A stretch of DNA of 64,000 nucleotides from Macrostomum lignano. Taxonomy: Eukaryota. Position numbers and translations under genes: made by a program. Positions 26,227 to 38,025 of the stretch are shown piece by piece. Positions within the stretch are counted from its first letter, which is position 1; every line of letters starts with the position of its first letter. The notes beneath the pieces were generated by a model. The model did no database searches and was not told the DNA's origin. It worked only from the letters and a program-made list of their open reading frames with translations. The stretch is taken from contig NIVC01001525.1 in the NCBI GenBank assembly GCA_002269645.1, positions 186,001 to 250,000 on the forward strand. Direction: 5' to 3'.

Positions 26227-27256
26227 TACAATATTTTTAACATTACGGAATGAAAGCTAACATAACGTGATACAAAAAAAGAATTCAAAATCTAACAATT
26301 TATTTTCAAAATTACCAGTAGCAAGACTACTAGTAAAAATTCAAGTGATGTTTGAAATTAAAATATCCTGCAATATTTTTTAAAACTTTTTTGCATTCCA
26401 CCAACCCAAAATTGTGGGATAGGTAGTTGCAATCGCAACTACTTATATTTATAGATAAATATTCAATAACTGCTTCAGTTAATATATTGTGAAAAGTTTC
26501 ACTCACCATGAAGTATGAAAAAGTGGCTTGGTGATGAACTATGGAGTAAGACACAGTATGAAAGAATATATTCACAAGATCCTCAGGCAGCTCAATATAT
26601 TGATTTTAGAGTTTTATTTATTTTATTTACTAGTCTGCTTAAACACTGGAGACAGGAGAAATAAAACAACACTGGCACAAACGGCGGCGGTCTTTTGCTT
26701 ATCGAGACTGTGAGCTCACTCATCAGTCAAATATGCAATGCATTGTGTGCCGAAACAATAAGGAGGGATGGGCGGCTGAAAGGGATGAGGGGCTGGGAGA
26801 GATGAGGGGGCTGGTAGGGATGAGGGGGCTGGGGAAGAAAAGTGGGACTGGGAATGTCTAACACACAGGCAGTCAGCAGCTGTACTACGTTTGTAGCTGC
26901 CCTCTCCCGCTGTGTCATGGCGGTACGGGCAGTACACAATGCGTCCTCACACTGAGCAGCTACAGCTAGGCTGGGCTGCATGTTTCTCCTCTCCAGATGC
27001 ATATACTTGGCAGGAGAGAGGGTTTTCAGCTTATTATCGATCCTCTCTCTCTGCTCGCCGTTGCCATGGTTCACCCATTTTGCGGGGAAAATCATATAAT
27101 GCAGCCCATTGTAATTAAAATGGCTGTTGAGGCATCTCTGTAAGAAACGCTGCTCAAATATTAAAGAACTACTGCGTGTACCAGACAAGACTATATTAGA
27201 ATAACTAGTGGTCCTTGATTTTTAACAAGTCCTTATTTACCGCCAACAAGAAAACA

Positions 27257-27517
27257 AGTAGAAGGCATGAGGGGGCTTCTGGGACAAAATTTTTCACGTC
27301 CTCCATAATCCCATTAAATCCATCCATATTATCCCTGACAGAATCAGAGCATAACAGGTGTCCTACTGTTATGCTCTGAGGGTTTATGCTCTGAGCATAA
27401 CAGCTCCAAATCCACCCATAGCATCTTCGAAACAATCAGAAAAAAATCTGCATTCTTCTCCCCACATTCAATCCACAACGTGCTACCAGATCCCTAAGAC
27501 TTTAAATCATCAGCGCA
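27257..27517 (+). repeat. Left terminal inverted repeat (261 bp)
   Basis: Reverse complement of 40957-41299 apart from an 82-bp extra segment on the right. Confidence 0.95.
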
Positions 27518-27557
27518 GGGTGCTCACCCTTTGAAAAAAATTAAATTCTCAATAAAA

Positions 27558-27800
27558 ATGTTTCCAGTTGTCTCTCCAGGTTCTTATTACAAAGCGCACG
27601 AGCCTAATTACAAGAGTAAGTACCAATGCAAAGTTGAATGCAGTGAGTACATGAGAAAATATTGGCCCAGAGTTGATATCAATGTCCCTAATATTAATCT
27701 AGCTCTCCAAAGACACTGGTTTCATAAGTATGGAGTAACCTACGTAAAAGATTACGACAGCTACTATAACTTTGCAGAAATCATTAGGCAATTGCGTTAA
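27558..27800 (+). CDS. Small (80 aa) uncharacterised Polinton protein
   Basis: ATG-initiated ORF; amino-acid-level homology to relics at 43441-43632 and about 43890-43965. Confidence 0.55.
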   Translation: MFPVVSPGSYYKAHEPNYKSKYQCKVECSEYMRKYWPRVDINVPNINLALQRHWFHKYGVTYVKDYDSYYNFAEIIRQLR

Positions 27801-27997
27801 AAAACCGAAAGGCCAAAAAGCCTAAAGGCCAAAAGGCCAAAAAGCCAAAAGGCCAAAATCGTTTGCATTCTGGCCTTGCGCGAGGCCAAAATCGTTTGCA
27901 TTCTGGCCTTCCCTCGAGACGGAATTCTTCCTCGGCTGGGCTCAGTTAAAGTGAAAATCTCTCTCCCCCACGCGCGCTCTCTCTACCCCCATATCTT

Positions 27998-28456
27998 TCA
28001 AGAGCCTTCCCAATTCATTGTTAGGAGCGCACAAAATAAACCCTGCTCCGAGCACCCCGTGCACCAGCCCTCTCTCCCTGTGCACCCACCCTCGGCGTCC
28101 ATTCCCAACCCAAACTTTGCCTTACTAAAAATAACAGCTTTAACTAGCTTCCGAGCGATCGATTCCTTCCACCCGCTTGAAGCCCCCATATGGTCTAGTC
28201 TCCTAAGCATTTCTTTGTCCCAGCGATTCTTCTCCTCAGGAAAATCCCTATACTTAACGTCGTGCCACATGCACACAGAGTCTAGCTCGTTCACAGGCTT
28301 ATGACTAGGATTTGGATTATTGTTTTTATCTAACTGTATTTCAAGTGGATTCAAAGGCCCACAATATTTATAGCCGGGAAGTGTCCAGCCTTTGTTTGGA
28401 TGAGGAAGCTTTTCTATCAGTCCATGTGAATCTAACTTACCACCAGAGCGTTGCAT
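27998..28456 (-). CDS. Parvovirus-VP1-type phospholipase A2
   Basis: LPGYKYCGPLN Ca-binding loop and NELDSVCMWHDVKY catalytic HD motif. Confidence 0.85.
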   Translation of the reverse strand: MQRSGGKLDSHGLIEKLPHPNKGWTLPGYKYCGPLNPLEIQLDKNNNPNPSHKPVNELDSVCMWHDVKYRDFPEEKNRWDKEMLRRLDHMGASSGWKESIARKLVKAVIFSKAKFGLGMDAEGGCTGREGWCTGCSEQGLFCALLTMNWEGS

Positions 28457-28486
28457 TATTTTATTTTAAATTTTCTTTTTTAAAAA

Positions 28487-29524
28487 ATGACAGATCAGAA
28501 ACTTAAAAAACTCTACTACAGCGACAAAGGATTCTTTGTAGGAAAAAATGCAGTCACCAAACTCGCAGAACTAAGTAAGGAACCAAAAGCTAAAGTAGAA
28601 AAGTGGCTCTCTAAGCAAGCAGTCTACCAAGTCTATTTCCCACCAGTAAAATTTGAAAGGCCCCATTTCAGTATTTATAAACCTAATGAGGCGCACCAAG
28701 CAGATCTTCTGTTTCTCCCCAATGACTCAGGCTACAAGTATGCTCTCACAATTATAGACGTTGCTTCCAGATATAAGGAAGCTCGCCCACTCAAGACGAA
28801 GAAGTCAGAAGCAGTTGCAGCCGCCCTCCAAGATGTTTATAAAAACTCACCCCTTAGTTACCCTGAAATCTTTATGACGGACCCTGGTAAAGAATTCATG
28901 GGTGCAGTGAAATCACTTATGGAAAAGAAAAATACAGAGATTCGCTATGGCAGAACTGAGCTCCACAGAGACCAGGCTTTTGTGGAAAGATTCAATCTAA
29001 CTCTAGCCAAGAGGCTATTCACTAAGCAGACAGCTGAAGAGCTGAAACTAAAAAGTGGTCAGTACTATTCAAAATGGACAGACCGGCTCCCCACTGTTAT
29101 AGAGCAACTTAACAATGAAGCCACACGCATGACTGGATTGAAACCATCCCATGCAATTAAACAAGACACTGTCGAACTTAAGTCATCTCATAAAACAGAC
29201 AACAACACGACAACCGCACAAAACACACACAACACAAAACACACCTCGAACTACCCTAAGCTTCCAGGAGTTGAATCACCATACATACTGACAAACTCTG
29301 AGTTTCTACGCTTTTTATATCTACCTGGAGAGCTAGAGAAGGACACCAAAAGAAGAGCTACAGATCCATACTTCAGCCTTGATGTACATAAAATAGACAG
29401 ACATTTTACCTCCGACTCTGGTGACTATTACTTTTTATCTCAGGCCTTTAACCCTAAATCCCCCACGCGGTCATTCACTAGAGCTGAACTCCTAGTGATA
29501 CCAGCTGACACGGAAATTAATTAA
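28487..29524 (+). CDS. Retroviral-type (rve) DDE integrase
   Basis: HQADLL, FMTDPGKEF and VERFNLTL supply D, D and E; intact 345-aa ORF. Confidence 0.92.
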   Translation: MTDQKLKKLYYSDKGFFVGKNAVTKLAELSKEPKAKVEKWLSKQAVYQVYFPPVKFERPHFSIYKPNEAHQADLLFLPNDSGYKYALTIIDVASRYKEARPLKTKKSEAVAAALQDVYKNSPLSYPEIFMTDPGKEFMGAVKSLMEKKNTEIRYGRTELHRDQAFVERFNLTLAKRLFTKQTAEELKLKSGQYYSKWTDRLPTVIEQLNNEATRMTGLKPSHAIKQDTVELKSSHKTDNNTTTAQNTHNTKHTSNYPKLPGVESPYILTNSEFLRFLYLPGELEKDTKRRATDPYFSLDVHKIDRHFTSDSGDYYFLSQAFNPKSPTRSFTRAELLVIPADTEIN

Positions 29525-29540
29525 AATATTAAAATAAAAA

Positions 29541-29997
29541 ATGACAAAGATTAAACCAGAACCATCAATAAACTCAATAAAATCATTGAATCAAAGAGAC
29601 CAGGTCTTATATCAATAAAGGTGCCAAAGTAAAAGTCGATCCCGTGCAGCAAATAGTTCAATGTAATGAACAAAGACACAGCATCACAGATGAAAAGTCA
29701 GGAGGAATCCTACCATTAGCAGCTCTTATTCCGATCATTGCAGGCGCTGTAAGTGCCGCAGGTGGTGTAGCTGGAGGTGTAGCAACTGCTGTTAAAGCTG
29801 GGAATGATAGAGCCCACCAGCTAGAATTACAAAAGATTGCAAGAGACAAAGGTATAACAATTAAGGCAGGAGAGGGCTGCCCTGAGGGCTGCCCCGATCG
29901 TGATGATTGTGAGCATGAAAATTCTGTAAGCAAGTCTGACATTGTCAAAGCCATCATGACACTGCACAATGCTGGGTTTACAATAATGCGGATGTGA
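29541..29997 (+). CDS. Small virion protein with an adenovirus pX(mu)-like hydrophobic motif; N-terminus apparently frameshifted
   Basis: GGILPLAALIPIIAGAVSAAGGVAGGVA resembles adenovirus pX GGILPLLIPLIAAAIGAVPGIA. An ATG at 29541 needs frame changes to reach the 29644 ORF. Confidence 0.6.
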
Positions 29998-30121
29998 TGA
30001 GGTTTAAAACCCCGCTTTATCCAGCTTCATAAACCTAACGCTACTGATAGGATGTAGAAACAGTTCAACTTTTCTATCAGGGTGGTCACCCTCAAAAATT
30101 TTTTTTATTTTATAGAAAAAA

Positions 30122-33100
30122 ATGCCAAAAGCTAATCCAGCAAAAGATTTAGTCAACAAATATTTTTCAAAAGGCGTCTCATTTCAAGACAAAAGTAATT
30201 TACTAAGAAAAGCGTGCAAGCAAAAGTTTAACACCGACCCTGGTCACCTGGGAAGCTATGAAAAACAGTTGGAAATCATCAATCAATTAAAATCCAACCA
30301 GTATGCGCCTATAAAAAATCCTGCAAAGGAACACCAAGAGAGGAGTCGCAACTTAGTTAACAAATACGAAACTCTCACTGGTGAAAAAGCAAATACCCAC
30401 AAAACAAGAGAAATTAGAGCAATTAATCCATTTAAAAGAGTCGGAGCTTGTCATTGAAGAGATTAATTTTGCACAGAGAAGTTTACAGAACATTACATAG
30501 AGTACACAATCCCAATTAACGGCACCAACGGTACCACCGCAAACATCTACGACTATAAAGACAGCATCCAATCAGTTGTTGATCACACACTCAAAACACG
30601 CAAGACCTTTAAACTACAGATATCATTCAAGATTGCGTTTTATATGCCTGCGAAACCCACTGAGCATCTCGAGTATTACATGACAACAAAGGCAAAGCCA
30701 TTCACCCCTACAGACACACTGGATCCTTTCCTTCAAGATGTCAATAAGAAAATTGAAGCGTTTACATCCAGAGGTTCCGGATGGGTCGTGGGAGGGATTC
30801 AAAGCGACTGTCATGGTCATGAAATATGACCCACTTAAAGCCTCCTCTTATATAGAGCTCCCGCATAAGCTAGCCGGCAAAAAAGCTTGCATAAATGTTA
30901 AAAATAAAGACAATTGCTGTGCCTATGGGCAGTTCTTTCTGCACTTCTTCATGATAGTGTCCCTCACCACCCCGAAAGAACCTCAAATTATCAAAATTAT
31001 TTCAACTACTATCTCATCGAATGCGAAAAGAAGGGAATCAGGTTTGACAAAGGAGGCTTGGCGATCTCTCAGATCCCAAAGCTAGAAGAAGTGTTTAATA
31101 ACAAAATTAGAATCACAGTCTTTGAGTGGAGTGAAAAAACTGAGAACGTTCAACTGGTCAGATGTAGCAAAGACGTTTTAGATCCTGAGGGGAAAAGGCG
31201 GATTGAAGTGGATCTTCTAGTGATTGGTAATTTACTAGAGGAGGCTCACTATGTTTGGATTAAAGATCTTTCAAGACTCATTCACAAGCAGTTGAATAAT
31301 CATCACGAGGCTGTTGCCATCTGCCGCTTGTGCCTTAAGCATTACAGTGGACCTGAACGCTTTGAAAAACTAGCAGAGCATGAATTATCATGCGAGGATC
31401 ACCCGACAAACTGCTCTCTTCCTTCAGCTGAAGAGAAGTATCTCCGGTTTAAGAACTATCACAAGATGGAGAAGCTCCCATTTGTTGTATATGCTGATTT
31501 CGAATGCTCAATCGTGCCGGAAACTCAAAAACAAACTCAAACTCAAAAACATGTCCCCAATTCAGTAGCATATGCCTTTATTAATACAAAAGGACTTGTT
31601 GAGTATAATTATTTCTTTGGAGAGCAGTGTGTGGAGCAGTTTATTGCCAGAATGTTAGAGTTGCAAAAATGATTAGCACCCTTCAACCTGTTCCAATAAG
31701 TATGTCTGAGGAGGATGAAAGTAATTTCCTATCAGCAACTCATTGCCACATCTGCAGGAAACAGTTCACTTGCACTGATTTAAAAACCCCACCGTTAGGG
31801 ACCACTGCCACTATACTGGGAAATTTAGAGGTGCAGCGCATAACACCTGTAATCTAAAGCTAAAATCGAACATTCATGATCTAACGATATTTTGTCACAA
31901 CGCAAAGAACTATGACATGCATTTAATAGTTGAAAAAATCGGCATGATTCCAGACATACACCTTGACTGCATCGCAGAGAACAAGGAGAAGTTTAAGTGT
32001 GTTGATATTAAACAGGATAATTCGGGTACAGGTAAAATAAGACTGAAGGATTCATATCAATTTCTAGCTGCCAGTCTAGACGAACTAAGCAAGAATTAAA
32101 AGATGAACAATGTACATATACAAAGATGTTTGCAAGTAAAATTTACAACAGTGATGAATCATTTAAACTCCTGAGAACCAAAGGCTTCTACCCCTATGAA
32201 AATATTACTGGGTATCACGTATTTGAAGAAGGTTTACCACACAGGAGAAGTTCTTTTCAAAGCTAACAGACTCTGGAATCTCTGACAAAGACTATGAGCA
32301 CGCGAAGCATGTCTATAATTACTTTAATTGTCAAAACTTCTTCCAGTATCACCTGCTTTACCTCTTCACAGATGTGTTTCTGCTGGCCGATGTGTTTGAA
32401 ACCTTCAGATACACCTGGTACACAGCATATGGCCTCGATCCAGCACATTATGTGTCTCTGCCTGCCACTAGCTGGGAATCTTTGCTTAAAATGAAATGGG
32501 ATCAAGATCCAGATTGGTACATTGAACTTCTTACAGACACTGACATGTACAATTTTGTCGAATCGTCAAAGCGAGGGGGATCTCAATTTGCGTTAACAGG
32601 TATGCAAAAGCAAACAACCCTACATTGATCTTACAATAAGGAGCAGCCCTCAAACTACATTACTTACTTGGACGCTAATAATCTCTACGGGTGGGCGATG
32701 AGTCAAGATCTTCCAGTTAGAGATTTTCGATGGCTACCCTCATCAGAATTCAAACAGGACTTTTCATTGGCTGCAATTTATGAAGTTGATGTTTACATTC
32801 CACCAGAGCTTCACGACTATTTTTCTGACTTTCCACCCTTCCCAGAGAACATCAAGTGCCCGAAAATAATCGAAACTCCCAATGATAATAATGGAACTTG
32901 GCACCTGTCAGGAACAAAAAAGAACATACGGAGAAACTAACACAGAATCTAAACAACAAGACACGTTAAAAATCCATTACAAACTGCTTCAGTATTTTAT
33001 CTCACTTGGTTGCAGGGTCACCAAAGTTCACAGGGCTCTTACATTTACAGAGGAAGCGTGGATGAAACCCTACATTGATAAGAACACCCAGTTTAGGACC

Positions 33101-33942
33101 AAAGCAACCAACGACTTTGACAAGAACCTCTTTAAGTTGGCCAACAACTCTGTCTATGGCAAGACTCTTGAGAATGAGCGGAAAAGAACAAACCTGAAAC
33201 TTGTTACCTCATCAGAGCCTGCTGTTATTCAGGCAAATATGTCAAAGCCAACATTCAAAGAACTCCATATCTTTAATAGCTACTAGGTGTGATCATATTT
33301 TACAAAACCAAGGTGACGCTGCGCAAGCCGATCTATACAGGTGTCACTGTACTCGACGAATCAAAACGTCTGATGTACCAGTTCTTGTATGGCATGAAGC
33401 AGCAGTACAAGGATAAAATGAAACTCTTGTACACTGACACAGACAGTTTTATTATGGACATTCAAACAGAAGACTTTTATCAGGACATGCTGCAGCAAAA
33501 AGATTTGTTTGACTTGTCTGAGTATGATAAATCTTTCAGGACACAGAATGGCGATCAAGTGTTTGACGCTACTAACAAGAAAGTGATTGGGAAAATGAAG
33601 GACGAGATTGCTGGCGACATAATCACTGAATTCATTGGGTTGAGAGCAAAATCCTATTTTGTAAAATGTGAGTCGTCAGACCCAATTAAAAAATCAAAGG
33701 GAATTCCGAAACGTGTGGTTAGGAAGGAAATTAATGAAGCTGAATACAGAGACGCCTTGAATTGTAACAAAAAGACATCTCATGAGTTCTCAAAGCTACA
33801 ATCTAAAAACCATATTATTCACACAATTCAGCAAAAGAAGATCGGACTGTCAGGTGCAGATAACAAGAGATTCATTTTTGATGACAACATTAACAGTCTA
33901 CCGTTCGGGCACTGGAGATTAGGCTTAGGAGGTTGGGTTTAG
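30122..33942 (+). pseudogene. Protein-primed family B DNA polymerase, broken by about a dozen frameshifts or stops
   Basis: RGSGW, YADFEC (ExoI), HNAKNYD (ExoII), LLADVFE (ExoIII), YLDANNLYG (A), KLANNSVYGK (B) and YTDTDS (C) are spread over different frames. The 30122-30457 ORF is assumed to be the N-terminus. Confidence 0.9.
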
Positions 33943-34029
33943 GAGGTGGAGATTAAGCTTAGGAGATTGGGTTTAAGAGGTGGAGATTAGGTTTAGGTTT
34001 AAGAGAAAGTTTAGTAAACCTCATAAAAA

Positions 34030-34431
34030 ATGACAACAAATAACTTTCTTGAAGATTTGGCTAATGAACTGGAAATCCCAAACTTTAGAGGAATATTTAT
34101 GAGGGACACTCTGCCTGATTATCCTCTAAGAAAAGAATGTGGCATCATGAACTTTGACACCACCGATAAGCCAGGATCTCATTGGGTTTGCTGGGTGATT
34201 GATCCCGATCGCAAGCACAAGTGTTATTACTTCGATAGCTATGGGACGGCAGTACCAGAAGAGCTAAGAAATTATATGAAGGGGAAAAATAATAAAAAAA
34301 TTTACCACTCAGACTTTATTCTCCAAGGTCTTAGCAGTGATATTTGCGGTGAGCTGTGCATGACTGTTTTGTACGCAATGACCAAAACACGAAAGACCTA
34401 CAAGGAAATTATTCATACCTGTGTTTCATAG
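34030..34431 (+). CDS. Adenain-like cysteine protease
   Basis: GSHW (His), YFDSYG (Asp) and Q..SSDICGELC (Gln/Cys). Confidence 0.88.
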   Translation: MTTNNFLEDLANELEIPNFRGIFMRDTLPDYPLRKECGIMNFDTTDKPGSHWVCWVIDPDRKHKCYYFDSYGTAVPEELRNYMKGKNNKKIYHSDFILQGLSSDICGELCMTVLYAMTKTRKTYKEIIHTCVS

Positions 34432-34435
34432 GGGT

Positions 34436-35147
34436 TCATTGTGCATTCCTCGTTGTACTTCTCGTTGTCCTTCTTTCCGCATAATGTTGAAGAACTTTCT
34501 CGAGTTCATTTCTCAGCTGACTCATGTCATCAGTACCGACCATGTTCAAGTTCATTCGAATTGATTGTTCATAAAGATCCTGAATGGTTTTGAACTCATC
34601 CTCTGAAATGAACTTATCCTCGATTGCCCTTGAAATGTACCCTATGATTGAAGTGTGCACCCCTTTCTCTTTTACTTGCTTCTCCTGTAGCTGCTTTAGT
34701 TTTTTTCGCCTGTTTCGCGCTACTGCTCCAGTAATTGCTGAAATAAGTCCACATGCAGCACCCACAGAGCCGAGCGGGATTGCGATTGGGGCTGTGATGG
34801 CTGGCAACACTGAGACAGCTGCAGCAGATCCAGATAGAACAGACACAGATCCTAGAATCATATTGCTGTAGTCGAAAAATTTACAGTGGCTGTCATAGCG
34901 CTTAATTTTCTGTGTTGTGGAAAATATTTTTTTCAAGATCATCGCGCATTTTTTGAATCTCCACCAGTCGAAACTGTTGAGAGTTACAAGAAATGACAGG
35001 GTAGAGTTTTTGTTGCTCATATTGGGGTGCATTCAGATTCGGTGCCAGGTTTTGTGTGTTCGAATTCGGTGCCATTGAGTTTGGTGCTGTCGGTATTTTA
35101 GGTTCAACGTATTGAGACTGATCGTATAGAGAATTTTGTTGGGCCAT
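34436..35147 (-). pseudogene. Putative membrane protein with one frameshift near 34925
   Basis: MAQQ...LYPVI..QQFRLVEIQKMRDDLEK continues in another frame as KKIFSTTQKIKRY and then a long Gly/Ala-rich hydrophobic segment. Confidence 0.55.
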
Positions 35148-35238
35148 TTTTTTCTCTAGAAAAAATAAAAAAATTATAAAACTATCCGGTTGAAAGATCT
35201 GTTTTCTTTTTGATAATTCCATCTGCACCGCCGGTTGT

Positions 35239-36048
35239 CTAGGCGGCTCTCTTGACGCTGGAGGATCGCGAGTCCAGCAGGCAGCGGCTGGGCGGCTGAC
35301 GTTTGAGAGCGTGCCGGATTACTCCGTCGGGGTCCAGAGCTCCTTCTACTCGATCTGTAGACATGACCGGACGAGCAGCAGATTCTGCTTCATCAATAGC
35401 AATATCACGAAGATTGAGTGTTCTCTCCAGACGATCAAGCCTCCTTATTATTTTACCCCAAGAGCTATACATTCCGTTTAGATAGCTACTGTGTGATACA
35501 TCCTTTCTCTTTAATGCTTCAAGTCTTTCTTTGATTCGATCATGCAACGCTGTTGACTGAGTCATGAACTCTTCTAAATTCCTCACTTTACCTGTGTTGG
35601 TTGCGACGTTTTCTTTAATTCTATCATGCAACGCTGTTGACCGAGTCATGAACTCTTCTAAATTATTTACTTTAGCTGTGTTTGTGAAAACTCCTCCTTC
35701 AAGAATACGCATCCGTCTATCAATGGAATTTCCCAGAAGATTAACTGTCGATCTCAAACCGTTGATTTGCGAGACTATCGAAGTTATTTCTGACCTAAGT
35801 TCATTAGTTGCGTTTAACAACGGCACATAAAGCTTATCACTTTCAAACTTCTGCCTAGCTACTTTAAGCCTGAGATCTTCCATGTTTATTTGCAACTGGT
35901 GCATGGAGCGCTCTAGGGCTTTCAGTCTGTTTTTATTCAGTTTGATCTCTGGGATCTCTTCATCAATGTTAATGTAGCGCTTGTCAAGGAAGGAAGTTGT
36001 GAGAGTGCTGTTGCCTGTAGTTGATTCACCTGCAAAATTAATAGACAT
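35239..36048 (-). CDS. Coiled-coil protein with an internal ~26-aa repeat
   Basis: Intact 269-aa ORF; NTAKVNNLEEFMTRSTALHDRIKE and NTGKVRNLEEFMTQSTALHDRIKE. Confidence 0.65.
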   Translation of the reverse strand: MSINFAGESTTGNSTLTTSFLDKRYINIDEEIPEIKLNKNRLKALERSMHQLQINMEDLRLKVARQKFESDKLYVPLLNATNELRSEITSIVSQINGLRSTVNLLGNSIDRRMRILEGGVFTNTAKVNNLEEFMTRSTALHDRIKENVATNTGKVRNLEEFMTQSTALHDRIKERLEALKRKDVSHSSYLNGMYSSWGKIIRRLDRLERTLNLRDIAIDEAESAARPVMSTDRVEGALDPDGVIRHALKRQPPSRCLLDSRSSSVKRAA

Positions 36049-36063
36049 TTTTTAAATGAAAAA

Positions 36064-36864
36064 TTAAAGTAAAATTCTTTTCTCCTTATTAATCATGACA
36101 AACTGATAGGGTTGGTTCCACTTTTCATAGCATATGTTAACAAATTCCTCCTGTGATATTGTTCTGTTAGAGTTCTTAGCTGGATATGTAATGTGAGCTG
36201 GGGCAATGACCTCATTATAAAATCGTTTCAGTCGATCTTGTGGTATGGTTGGGAAAAGGAGAATCAAATTACAGTTACCTCTAATTGTTTTATTCGGCAG
36301 TTCAAACCAGTTTTGGGCAATGTAAATAACATTGCAATTATTATGTCTACCCCGGGTGAAATAATTTTCTATCTGTTTCTGGGGACCGGTCATGCAGTCA
36401 TCAAAGACAATCAGGTGCTTTCTCCCCTTTTCTAGTTCATCAGGTTGAGGTAAGAGTTTAGTTTTAGGATCTATCTGTGGATCTCCATAAGTGAAAACTT
36501 TAATGTTTTGCCATTTTTCATTGTCTGGGATGTGCTTTGCGTATTCAGTGGCTACAACTTCCGGGTTGCTGTTGAGGTCTTTTTGATGTCTAAAACATTG
36601 AATAATATCTTCCTTGTTGAGTTTGTTCTGTAGGCCCGCTACTAGCATTTTATACTCATCTTGATACAGAGTGGGTGAATAGATATGTAGTGTGTCATAA
36701 TCGAGGAATCCAGGTCTGAGGAGCATGTTAAAAACTCTGAAGGTTTTCCCTGACCCAGATGAGCCAACAACAATGCATCGGAAGTGCCCTGGAATTATCT
36801 CGTTGTGAGCAAATTTTATCTGATTGCGTGTCCAGTGGGGACGAAAGTCGTTTGTGAAGTCCAT
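36064..36864 (-). CDS. A32/FtsK-like packaging ATPase
   Basis: Walker A GSSGSGKT, Walker B LIVFDD, and GRHNNCNVIYIAQ. Confidence 0.92.
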   Translation of the reverse strand: MDFTNDFRPHWTRNQIKFAHNEIIPGHFRCIVVGSSGSGKTFRVFNMLLRPGFLDYDTLHIYSPTLYQDEYKMLVAGLQNKLNKEDIIQCFRHQKDLNSNPEVVATEYAKHIPDNEKWQNIKVFTYGDPQIDPKTKLLPQPDELEKGRKHLIVFDDCMTGPQKQIENYFTRGRHNNCNVIYIAQNWFELPNKTIRGNCNLILLFPTIPQDRLKRFYNEVIAPAHITYPAKNSNRTISQEEFVNICYEKWNQPYQFVMINKEKRILL

Positions 36865-36916
36865 TTTTTTATGTAAAAAAACTTTTTCTTTTTAAACTTG
36901 TGTATTTAAGACGCGT

Positions 36917-38002
36917 GTGTCTTTTTTCGGGTTGTGTGTGTCTTTTTTTCGGGATGCGGCTCGTGCTAACGTTGACAAGCATGATGCGGATGTGGCTCTG
37001 ATCAGTAACTTTTGGGCGTACATGTTCAAGGAGTTTAGTGTATCGAATGGGAGCACTGAGTTGGAGCGAATCGCCAACTTTGGAATTGTCTATGACGCTC
37101 ATTGTTTGATCGAGAATCCTGATTTTATTCAGTTGGGAAGTGGTGCGGGTTTTATTGCAGATGAAAAAGAAGGAGACATCAATGACAGTGGCTATAAAAA
37201 TAGGAAGAAGAGATACAACTATGCATTGCAAGGTGCTGATGATGCTGCTAAGAACCCGCAGTATCGGTCTGTTGATGTATTTGTACCACTGAGATTCATG
37301 AGTGGATTCTGTAATACATTTAATCGACTGACTAGTAACTTTAGCTACACATTTAGACTGACTAGAGATGATCGCAGTAGAGTGTTGTGGACTGGGGCGG
37401 ACCACACTGGGATGGCTGTGAAGCTAACCGGAATCGAGCTGTATTTGGAAGTCATTGAGCCAAAGACCGCACTAAAAGCAGACTATCTTAAGGCAATAGA
37501 GAAGGACATTGATGTTGCATACACGGCCTACATGTGTCGAGATGAGCGAAACGAAACTAGAACAAACATCTGCATCAAAGAGGGATCATGCAGCAATCCA
37601 AGGTATATCATTATTAACATGAGAAACCCAAATAGCATTATACGCTACATGCATGGAGACGTGCGGTCCATTCAGCATGAAATCAGTGATAATCTTTACC
37701 CTGCACTGCCACAAAATGGAGATTTCAGTCAGAACAAGATTAGCAAATTTTACAACGAGTTGGTCGACTTGGCTGTGAAAGAGAACAATGGAATTGCTAT
37801 CACTGCTCTTCAATATGGAACTCTATATCCAATGTTTGGAGCTGATGTGTCTGCCAGACAAATGCCTACTGATAACAGCCCTGTGAATATCGTGACTAAC
37901 ATTGAGAGGACTACCGCAACACCCGTGGACTTGTACATTATCTATGCATTTGAGAGGAAGGTGAAGCTTAACATGATCAACAATTCATCCAGTAAAGTTT
38001 AA
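36917..38002 (+). pseudogene. Major capsid protein (double jelly-roll type), N-terminus apparently deleted
   Basis: ALISNFWAYMFKEFSVSNGSTELERIANFG and PRYIII..YP motifs resemble Polinton MCPs. There is no ATG upstream of these motifs, and the junction has a duplicated GTGTGTCTTTTTTCGGG. Confidence 0.65.
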
Positions 38003-38025
38003 ATATTTTTTTGTGGGTGAAAAAA

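Noticed and set aside
33915-34020. Telomere-like TTAGG repeats after polB
   Set aside because: Short, degenerate and irregular; not a (TTAGGG)n tract.
36869-37405. 178-aa antisense ORF over the capsid gene
   Set aside because: Shadow frame of the MCP with no independent signal.
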